Shown one piece after another: positions 38,116-45,722 of a stretch of DNA of 64,000 bases (its first letter is position 1; every line of letters begins with the position of its first letter). The stretch is from Candidatus Collierbacteria bacterium. Lineage in GTDB: Bacteria; Patescibacteriota; Microgenomatia; UBA1400; JACPES01. Location: assembly GCA_016183365.1 (NCBI GenBank), contig JACPES010000003.1:473154-537153 (forward strand). Reading direction: 5' to 3'. The notes below the pieces were generated by a model. The model was not told where the DNA came from. It made no database searches and saw only the letters and a list, made by a program, of their open reading frames with translations. The position numbers were made by a program, and so were the translations under genes.

Positions 38116-39072
38116 ATGACCAATGTCTATGAACAAGTTGACGCGAACAAGCGAAAAAGTGCCTTGGTAGTGGTGCTTTTTTCGATAGTAACAGCTGTGT
38201 CCGTTTATTTTATCTCCTTAGGATTAAGTTATTATTTAGGGAATTTGTCCCGCGGAGCAGGATCTGGCTTCTCCAGAGGAGGATTTGGGGTATTTGGTTT
38301 CGCATTGATAATTTCCGGTCTAGCCAGTTTTGCCGGGTATTGGTTTAGCGATAAGATTGTGTTGGGAATTTCCGGAGCCAGACCGGCTGACCGGAAACGT
38401 GACTTTCTTTTTTATACCGTGGCAGAAAACATGAGTTTGGTAGCTCAAGTTCCGATGCCGAAACTCTATGTGATCGACGATACTGCTCCAAATGCTTTTG
38501 CCACCGGCCGTGACCCCCAGCACGCGGTAATATGCGCTACTAGCGGAATTTTAGTGAAACTCAATCGAACTGAATTGGAGGGTGTGATTGCTCACGAAAT
38601 GTCGCACGTTCAAAATTACGATACCAGATTAATGTCGGTTGTTTCCGTTTTGGTCGGGACAGTAGTGCTTCTGGGAGATCTTTTTATCCGAGCCAGTTGG
38701 TGGGGGGGAAGGGGCCGGAGCGATCGTGAAGATCGGGGGACGGGAGCAGTTTTCATTGTCATCGGGCTAATTTTTGCGATTCTGTCTCCGATTGTAGCCC
38801 AGTTAATTCAGTTGGCTATCAGCCGCAAAAGGGAGCTATTGGCCGACGCGTCTGCGGTGAAACTGACCCGCCAACCAGAGGGATTGTTAAAAGCTTTGGT
38901 GAAAATTTCCGCGGATCGGGAACCTTTGGAAGCGGCCAATAAGGCAACGGCGCATTTGTATATCATGAACCCGTTGAAAAATCGGCATGACGCGGTGGGA
39001 TGGTTCGCGGGGTTGTTTAATACCCATCCTCCGTTAGCGGAGAGGGTTAAACAACTGAAAGCGATGACGTAG
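38116..39072 (+). CDS. htpX: HtpX-family M48 zinc metalloprotease
   Basis: HEMSHVQNYD (HExxH) and downstream Glu, 4 TM segments. Conserved LemA-HtpX pairing. Confidence 0.8.
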   Translation: MTNVYEQVDANKRKSALVVVLFSIVTAVSVYFISLGLSYYLGNLSRGAGSGFSRGGFGVFGFALIISGLASFAGYWFSDKIVLGISGARPADRKRDFLFYTVAENMSLVAQVPMPKLYVIDDTAPNAFATGRDPQHAVICATSGILVKLNRTELEGVIAHEMSHVQNYDTRLMSVVSVLVGTVVLLGDLFIRASWWGGRGRSDREDRGTGAVFIVIGLIFAILSPIVAQLIQLAISRKRELLADASAVKLTRQPEGLLKALVKISADREPLEAANKATAHLYIMNPLKNRHDAVGWFAGLFNTHPPLAERVKQLKAMT

Positions 39073-39106
39073 ATAGAAAAAGATGAATTGGTGATATCAT
39101 AGCTTC

Positions 39107-40744
39107 ATGGGTTCTTCGATAACAAAACAACAAGTTCAGCACGTGGCGAAACTGGCCAATCTTCAACTTTCTGAAGAAGAATTAGAGCTTTACACCAAGC
39201 AGATTAAGGATATCGTAGGTTATGTCGAGCAACTTGATAAGGTTAAAGTCGACGGAGTGAAACCGACTTATCAGACGTTAGATGGTATGGTTAATGTTTG
39301 GCGGGAAGATGAAGTCGGGATGAGTTTGAGCCAGAATGAAGCGTTGTCGCAAGCTAAAAGAATTGTGGATGGGTATTTTGTAGCCGCTCCAGCACTACGT
39401 TTGCCACTCCCCCTGATCAAATCGGGACGTCGTGGTGTCGCGAGTGCGGAATTCGGGCGTACCAGCGAATTTTTTCAGAGCAAGAATTCGGGTCTGTCCG
39501 AAAATAAATATAACGCGATTTTGACGGAGGTGGATGAAAAGGGAGCGGTTGGGCATAAGGATTTGTTTTTGACAAAGGGGGTCAGAAGCAGCGCAGGATC
39601 AAATGTCTTGCGGGAATATTTGCCGCAATATTCTTCAACCGTAGTTGAACTTTTGGAGAAAGCCGGATTTAAGACAAAATATAAGTTGAATTGCGACGCT
39701 TGGGCCCATGGCAGTAGCGGAGAAAATTCTGATTTTGGGTCGACAAAAAATCCGTGGAATGAGGAATTTACTCCCGGCGGGTCGTCCAGCGGGTCGGCCG
39801 CGGCGGTAGCCGCCGGACTGGTGGATGTCGCCACCGGCACCGATACCGGCGGGTCGATTCGGCTGCCGGCCAGTTTTTGCAACTTGGTGGGATTAAAGTC
39901 GACTTACGGGGCATTGAGCCGGTATGGAATTGTGGCGATGGCGTCGAGTTTGGATTCACCGGGAGTAATTGGGAAATCAGTTAGAGAGGTGAAGAAAGTT
40001 TTCAAAGTGATGGCGGGGAAGGATGAAAGGGATGCGACCAGTCTGGATAGTGTAAAAAGGCCCGGCCTTGTTTTAACAAGGCCGGGCATTATCAGAATTG
40101 GAATTCCAAAGGAATATTTTGATAAAGGGATTGATTTGGAAGTTAGACAAGCGGTCATGACAGCGGTTAAAATTTTGGAGAAGAACGGGTTTAAGATTCA
40201 GGAAATTTCTTTACCGAATTCAAAATACGGAATCGCGGTTTATTACTTGGTCCAAACCACCGAAGTTTCCAGCAATTTAGGCCGATACGATGGTATTCGG
40301 TATGGTTTCGGGCGAGAAAGTTTCGGGGCCGAGGCGAAGCGGCGAATTATGCTGGGGACATTTGCCTCGTCGGCCGGATATTCCGCCAAGTTTTTTGAGA
40401 AAGCCGCTAAGGTGAGAACCTTGATAATTCAGGATTTTGAAAAGGCGTTTAATTCGTCGGCTGACGGAGTGGACGTGATTTTAGGGCCGGTGTCGTCGAC
40501 ACCGCCGTTTAAATTGGGAGAAAAAGCCAATGATCCTTTAACCATGTATTTGTCGGATATTTTGACGGTGTCGGTGAATTTGGCCGGATTGCCGGCGTTG
40601 GCGTTGCCTTGCGGTTTTTCGAAACATAACTTACCGATCGGAATGCAGTTGATAGGGCCACGGTGGTCGGAAAATTTATTGTTTGACGTTGGTGAAGTTT
40701 ATCAAAGTTTGACCAAGTGGCACACCAAAAAGCCACAGGTTTAA
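39107..40744 (+). CDS. gatCA: Glu/Asp-tRNA amidotransferase subunits C and A, translationally fused through an Element A repeat copy
   Basis: Residues 1-95 are GatC (QVQHVAKLANLQLSEEELELYTKQ...). Residues ~130-545 are GatA with the amidase signature GGSSSGSAAAVAAGLVDVATGTDTGGSIRLPA. The frame is continuous across the repeat at ~39392-39505. Confidence 0.75.
   Translation: MGSSITKQQVQHVAKLANLQLSEEELELYTKQIKDIVGYVEQLDKVKVDGVKPTYQTLDGMVNVWREDEVGMSLSQNEALSQAKRIVDGYFVAAPALRLPLPLIKSGRRGVASAEFGRTSEFFQSKNSGLSENKYNAILTEVDEKGAVGHKDLFLTKGVRSSAGSNVLREYLPQYSSTVVELLEKAGFKTKYKLNCDAWAHGSSGENSDFGSTKNPWNEEFTPGGSSSGSAAAVAAGLVDVATGTDTGGSIRLPASFCNLVGLKSTYGALSRYGIVAMASSLDSPGVIGKSVREVKKVFKVMAGKDERDATSLDSVKRPGLVLTRPGIIRIGIPKEYFDKGIDLEVRQAVMTAVKILEKNGFKIQEISLPNSKYGIAVYYLVQTTEVSSNLGRYDGIRYGFGRESFGAEAKRRIMLGTFASSAGYSAKFFEKAAKVRTLIIQDFEKAFNSSADGVDVILGPVSSTPPFKLGEKANDPLTMYLSDILTVSVNLAGLPALALPCGFSKHNLPIGMQLIGPRWSENLLFDVGEVYQSLTKWHTKKPQV
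39392..39505 (+). repeat. Element A copy 4 (subfamily 2), bridging gatC and gatA in frame
   Basis: AGCACTACGTTTGCC...CGCGAGTGCGGAATTCGGGCGTACCAGCGAATTTTTTCAGAGCAAGAATTCGGGTCTGTCCGAAAA. Translated as ...AEFGRTSEFFQSKNSGLSENK. Confidence 0.8.
40057..40090 (+). repeat. Element D copy, in frame in the gatA portion
   Basis: AAGGCCCGGCCTTGTT-TT-AACAAGGCCGGGCATT. Confidence 0.75.
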
Positions 40745-40786
40745 ATTGCTAACAATGAAACAATATAACAATTCAGCAATATATTT

Positions 40787-42172
40787 ATGACCGGAAGTTT
40801 TAACTATATCCCCATCATTGGCCTAGAAATACACGTCGAGTTGAAGTCGAATTCCAAGATGTTTTGCGGATGCAGAAATGATCCGTTCGGAGCTTCAAAA
40901 CCTAATATTTATACTTGTCCTGTTTGCTTGGGATTGCCGGGAGCTCTGCCGGTACCGAATAAGAAAGCGATTGAATCAACCGTAAAATTAGGCTTAGGTT
41001 TGGGTTGTGAAATAAATAGAGAATCGCGGTTTGACCGGAAACATTATTTTTATCCCGATTTGCCGAAAGGATATCAGATTAGCCAATACGAGAGGCCATT
41101 CGCGACGAATGGAAGGTTACAGGTTACAGGTTACAGGTTAGAAAAGAAAACAGTAAGAATACGGAGGGTGCATTTGGAGGAGGATACGGGGAAATTGTTA
41201 CATCGAAAAATAAACGGCGAGGAAGTTTCATTGATTGACTTTAATCGATCGGGAGTTCCACTTGTCGAAATTGTGACTGAACCGGATATTAGGTCAGCTG
41301 AAGAAGCCAAAGAAACTGCCAAAAAAATTCACCGGATTGTCAGATCTTTGGAAGTTTCCGATGCGGATATGGAGAAGGGGTCAATGAGACTAGAGGCGAA
41401 TATTAGTATGTTTAAAGGCCTGGCCTTCGAGTACAAAGGCCAGGCCTTACCGAACTATAAGGTGGAGATCAAGAATATAAATTCATTCCGGTTTTTGGAG
41501 AGAGCGATTGAAGAAGAGATTGAGAGGCAGAGGAAAATTTTGGAATCAGGAAAAGAAGTTAAGCAGGAGACCAGAGGCTGGGATACTCAATCTATGACTT
41601 CTAAATCCCAAAGGACTAAAGAAGAAGCCGCGGATTACCGGTATTTTCCGGAACCGGATATCCCGCCGATTTCTTTGTCAGATGATTGGATATCAAAAAT
41701 CAAAACTCAAATCTCGAAACTTCCGGAAGAAATATATGAAGAATTGATTAGAGCCGGAGTGGCGGAACAAGCCGCAAGGATAATTTCGGCGAATAAAGAT
41801 TTGGCAGCAAAGGTACAAGAAAGTACAATAAAGTACAATAAAGTACAAAAAGATGAGGAATTAGAGGCAAAAGAAATCGGAAATTTTGGGAACTGGGTAC
41901 TGCATCATCAGCTGGAAGTCAGGGAAAAGCCGGCAGAGGAACTGATCTATTTATTTAAGCAAGGGAAAGAGGGGATAGTTTCCGATTCGGAGCAGCTTGA
42001 GGGATGGGTTTTGGGAGTAATCGAAGATAATCCTCGAGCGGTGGCTGATTTTAAGGCCGGAAAACAGCAGGCGATTGGATTTTTGATTGGACAAGTCCAA
42101 CGTTTGGCAGGGGGTAAGGCGGATGTCAAAAAAGTTAAAGAAATTTTGCTAGAAAAAATTACGAATAAATAA
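40787..42172 (+). CDS. gatB: Glu/Asp-tRNA amidotransferase subunit B
   Basis: IIGLEIHVELKSNSKMFCGC N-terminus, GatB/YqeY C-terminal domain. Contains three in-frame repeat inserts. Confidence 0.85.
   Translation: MTGSFNYIPIIGLEIHVELKSNSKMFCGCRNDPFGASKPNIYTCPVCLGLPGALPVPNKKAIESTVKLGLGLGCEINRESRFDRKHYFYPDLPKGYQISQYERPFATNGRLQVTGYRLEKKTVRIRRVHLEEDTGKLLHRKINGEEVSLIDFNRSGVPLVEIVTEPDIRSAEEAKETAKKIHRIVRSLEVSDADMEKGSMRLEANISMFKGLAFEYKGQALPNYKVEIKNINSFRFLERAIEEEIERQRKILESGKEVKQETRGWDTQSMTSKSQRTKEEAADYRYFPEPDIPPISLSDDWISKIKTQISKLPEEIYEELIRAGVAEQAARIISANKDLAAKVQESTIKYNKVQKDEELEAKEIGNFGNWVLHHQLEVREKPAEELIYLFKQGKEGIVSDSEQLEGWVLGVIEDNPRAVADFKAGKQQAIGFLIGQVQRLAGGKADVKKVKEILLEKITNK
41111..41140 (+). repeat. 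in-frame (AGGTTAC)4 microsatellite in gatB
   Basis: GGTTACAGGTTACAGGTTACAGGTTA, encoding LQVTGYRL. Confidence 0.8.
41414..41447 (+). repeat. Element D (CGAGTACA-loop subtype), in frame in gatB
   Basis: AAGGCCTGGCCTT-CGAGTAC-AAAGGCCAGGCCTT, encoding KGLAFEYKGQAL. Nearly identical to the copy at 26280. Confidence 0.85.
41812..41852 (+). repeat. in-frame (AAAGTACAAT)n microsatellite in gatB
   Basis: AAGGTACAAGAAAGTACAATAAAGTACAATAAAGTACAAAAAG. Confidence 0.8.
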
Positions 42173-42250
42173 AATAAAATGGTTACAATGGCTAAAAGGA
42201 CTACAATGGCTAAACTAAACCTATAACCATTCTAACCATTCTGACCATTT
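42170..42250 (+). repeat. intergenic direct-repeat tract (ACAATGGCTAAA and AACCATTCT units) between gatB and dnaE
   Basis: GGTTACAATGGCTAAAAGGACTACAATGGCTAAACTAAACCTATAACCATTCTAACCATTCTGACCATTT. Confidence 0.6.
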
Positions 42251-45200
42251 ATGTCTTTCGTCCATCTCCACGTCCATTCAGAATACTCCCTTTTAGACGG
42301 TTTGCCGAAAATCGCCAAACTGATAAAAAGAGCCAAGGAGTTAAAAATGCCGGCTTTGGCCATCACCGACCACGGGGCAATGTACGGAGCGGTCAAGTTT
42401 TATAACGCCGCGATGGAGTCGGATATCAAACCGATTATCGGGGTGGAGGCGTATATGGCCCAAAGAAGCCGGTTTGACAAGGAAGTTTCGGTGGATAAGG
42501 AATTAAGACATCAGTTGCTGCTGGCTAAAAATGAAACCGGTTATAAAAATTTAATGAAGTTGGTAACTCAAGCCAATTTGGAAGGTTTTTATTATAAGCC
42601 GCGGATTGACAGAGAATTGTTAAAAATTTATCACGAAGGGATTATTGCCACCTCCAGCTGTTTACAGGGAGAAATTCCCCGCTTGATATTAAAAAGTCAG
42701 ATGGATGAGGCTAAATCAACCCTTAAGTGGTACCTGGATGTTTTTGGCGAAAATTATTATCTGGAACTGCAAAAGCACGTCAATATTCCGGAACTGGAAA
42801 TGGTTAATTCTCAATTGATAAAGTTTTCCCGGGAATTCGGAGTGCCTTTGGTAGCTACCAACGACGTCCATTATATTAATGCCGATGATGCCGAAGCTCA
42901 AGACGCTTTATTGGCGGTAGGGACCAAAAAATTGCTGACTGACAAAGACCGGTTGACAATGATCGCTTCGCCGGATTTTTATTTAAAAACCGCAGCGGAA
43001 ATGGAAAAAATGTTTTCCGACAATCCGGAAGCTTTGAGTAATACCCTTAAAATTGCCGACAAGTGTCAGGTTAGCCTGCAATCCGGAAAATGGATTTTGC
43101 CCCGATATCCGTTAGATCGGGGGGAAACCCCCGAATTGGCTTTGGCCAGAATGACCGAAGAGGGATTAAACTCAAGATTTGGACAAGTTTCAGACCAAAT
43201 AAAGCAGAGAGTGGATTATGAATTGGGAATAATTTGCCGCAAGGGCTTTGCCACTTATTTTCTGATTGTTCAGGATTTTGTCAATTGGGCTAAAAATGAA
43301 GGAATCAGGGTAGGTCCCGGCAGGGGCAGCGTTGCCGGTTCGTTGGTGGCTTATGGATTGAGAATAACATCTATAAATCCGCTGGAACATAATATCCCGT
43401 TTGAAAGATTTATGAATCCTGACCGGCCGACCCCGCCGGACATTGATATGGATTTTGCCGATGACCGCCGGGATGAAGTTATCCATTATGTGACCCAAAA
43501 ATACGGCCAAGAAAAAGTGGCCCAGATAATCACTTTCGGGACGATGGAGGCCAGGCAGGCGGTACGGGATATCGGCCGGGTAATGAATGTGGCCTATTCA
43601 ACCTGCGATAAATTGGCTAAATTGATTCCCTTGAAATCAGGCTTAAGAGAAGCGATCAATTCCAGCCTGGAAATGCAGGAGATGGGCCGGGATCCGCAAA
43701 TCGCCAAATTATTCGGGTTGGTGGAAAAAGTGGAAGGAGTTACCCGCCACGCTTCGACTCACGCCGCCGGCGTAGTCATCGCCGATAAAGATATTACCGA
43801 ATACACCCCGGTCCAGAAAGAAACCGGCAGCGACCGGATTATGACCCAATATGATATGTACAGTTTGGATCTAAATGTTTCGGACAAAGCCATCGGGCTA
43901 TTGAAAATGGACTTTTTGGGACTAAGGAATTTGACGATTTTAGGCCGGGCGGTTGAGCTGGTAAAAGAATACGAAAAAGTTGACGTCGATTTGTCGGAAA
44001 TTCCGCTGGATGAACCGTTGGTTTATGAGCTGATATCCAGCGGGGAAACTACCGGAATATTTCAGTTGGAAAGCCAGGGAATGAGGCGGTTGGCCCGGAA
44101 TCTTAAACCGACTAAATTCAGCGATATAACCGCGATGGTGGCTTTGTTCAGGCCCGGGCCGATGGAACTGATTGACGATTTTATTGAAGGTAAAAAACAT
44201 CCGGATAAAATTAAATATTTACATCAGGCTTTAAAACCGATTTTGGCTCCGACTTACGGAGTGGCGGTTTATCAGGAGCAATGCATGCAAATCGCCAATC
44301 AGGTGGCCGGTTATTCCATGGCCGAGGCCGATAATTTACGCCGTGCCATCGGCAAAAAGAAACGTTCAATCATGCAGATTGAAAAAAAGAAATTTATTGC
44401 CGGAGCCGCAAAAAATAATTACTCTAAAGAGGTGGCAGATAAAATTTGGGGATTTATCGAAAAATTCGTCGGGTACGGTTTCAACATTCCCCATTCCGTC
44501 AGTTACGCCATGATCGCTTATCAAACGGCTTATATGAAAATTAAATATCCGGTGGAATATATGACGGCGATGCTGACGGCCGAAAGCCGGTCTATATCCG
44601 GTCCGAATAGAGATTTTAAAATGGCCCAAGGGGTAAATGAATGCCGCAGGCTGGGAATTGCGGTTTTACCTCCTGACATTAATAAATCTTTGGAAGATTT
44701 TTCCATCGATAGTTTTGCCGACAGCCTGCAGTTTAAGGCAATAAGATTCGGATTGGCGGCTATAAAAAATATTGGATCGGCGGCGGTAAATTCAATTTTG
44801 GATGAAAGGAAAAAAGGGGAATTTACCTCATTGCCGAATTTTTTGAGCCGGGCTGATTCTCAAAAAGTAAATAAAAAAGTAATTGAAAGTCTGATAAAAG
44901 TCGGAGCCTTGGATTCATTCGGTAAAAAAACTTCCCAACTGTCGGTTCTGGATGAATTGAGATTACAAATCGCGGCTAGACAAAAATTAGCAGATTCCGG
45001 ACAGGGGAGTTTGTTTGCGGATTTTGAGGGAGAGGCTAAAACAAACAGTCAATTGGCGATGCCGGATTTAGCGGAATTTCCGGCCGAAGATTTAGCGAAT
45101 TTTCAAAAAGAATTATTGGGGATTTATTTAAGCGATAATCCGATGGTTAAACTTCTGGAACCGGTTACAAATTTAATTACTGATAGAGCCATGGATTTAA

Positions 45201-45721
45201 CCGAAGAATCGACCGGGAAAATGGTGATCATGGCCGGAGTCGTTACCCGGTCGCGGACGGTTCAGACTAAGAGATCAAATCAAACCATGTGTTTTGCCAG
45301 CGTAGAAGATGAAACCGGCAGTATCGAAGCGGTGGTTTTTCCGTCTATTTATGAAAAGGTCGGCCAATGTTTTGTTAAGGACAGCGCGGTTTTAGTTTCA
45401 GGGAAAATTGATTTCAAAGAAGATAAATTGCATTTGATAGTCGATAAAGCCATAGATCTTAGGAGTAGTCCAAGTTCTGATCAATTGGCTGTTTTTTCCA
45501 AGAATATCAATTTCGGATCGGCTAAAACCATTTCAATTTCCCGGGGAACCCCAAAATCCGTTTTGTCATCTTTAGCTTCGCTTTTAAAAAGCCACTCTGG
45601 TCCGGTTAGGGTTAAAGTCCTGTTGCCAAATAGCGACGGGTCGGTAAAAACTTTGGATTTGCCGTATGGGGTGAATTGGGCGGAGGTTGAAAGGGAAGTC
45701 CAATCTCTGATAAAATCCTAA
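42251..45721 (+). CDS. dnaE: DNA polymerase III alpha subunit
   Basis: PHP N-terminus FVHLHVHSEYSLLDG, polymerase core, OB-fold C-terminus. 1156 aa. Confidence 0.9.
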   Translation: MSFVHLHVHSEYSLLDGLPKIAKLIKRAKELKMPALAITDHGAMYGAVKFYNAAMESDIKPIIGVEAYMAQRSRFDKEVSVDKELRHQLLLAKNETGYKNLMKLVTQANLEGFYYKPRIDRELLKIYHEGIIATSSCLQGEIPRLILKSQMDEAKSTLKWYLDVFGENYYLELQKHVNIPELEMVNSQLIKFSREFGVPLVATNDVHYINADDAEAQDALLAVGTKKLLTDKDRLTMIASPDFYLKTAAEMEKMFSDNPEALSNTLKIADKCQVSLQSGKWILPRYPLDRGETPELALARMTEEGLNSRFGQVSDQIKQRVDYELGIICRKGFATYFLIVQDFVNWAKNEGIRVGPGRGSVAGSLVAYGLRITSINPLEHNIPFERFMNPDRPTPPDIDMDFADDRRDEVIHYVTQKYGQEKVAQIITFGTMEARQAVRDIGRVMNVAYSTCDKLAKLIPLKSGLREAINSSLEMQEMGRDPQIAKLFGLVEKVEGVTRHASTHAAGVVIADKDITEYTPVQKETGSDRIMTQYDMYSLDLNVSDKAIGLLKMDFLGLRNLTILGRAVELVKEYEKVDVDLSEIPLDEPLVYELISSGETTGIFQLESQGMRRLARNLKPTKFSDITAMVALFRPGPMELIDDFIEGKKHPDKIKYLHQALKPILAPTYGVAVYQEQCMQIANQVAGYSMAEADNLRRAIGKKKRSIMQIEKKKFIAGAAKNNYSKEVADKIWGFIEKFVGYGFNIPHSVSYAMIAYQTAYMKIKYPVEYMTAMLTAESRSISGPNRDFKMAQGVNECRRLGIAVLPPDINKSLEDFSIDSFADSLQFKAIRFGLAAIKNIGSAAVNSILDERKKGEFTSLPNFLSRADSQKVNKKVIESLIKVGALDSFGKKTSQLSVLDELRLQIAARQKLADSGQGSLFADFEGEAKTNSQLAMPDLAEFPAEDLANFQKELLGIYLSDNPMVKLLEPVTNLITDRAMDLTEESTGKMVIMAGVVTRSRTVQTKRSNQTMCFASVEDETGSIEAVVFPSIYEKVGQCFVKDSAVLVSGKIDFKEDKLHLIVDKAIDLRSSPSSDQLAVFSKNINFGSAKTISISRGTPKSVLSSLASLLKSHSGPVRVKVLLPNSDGSVKTLDLPYGVNWAEVEREVQSLIKS

Positions 45722-45722
45722 A

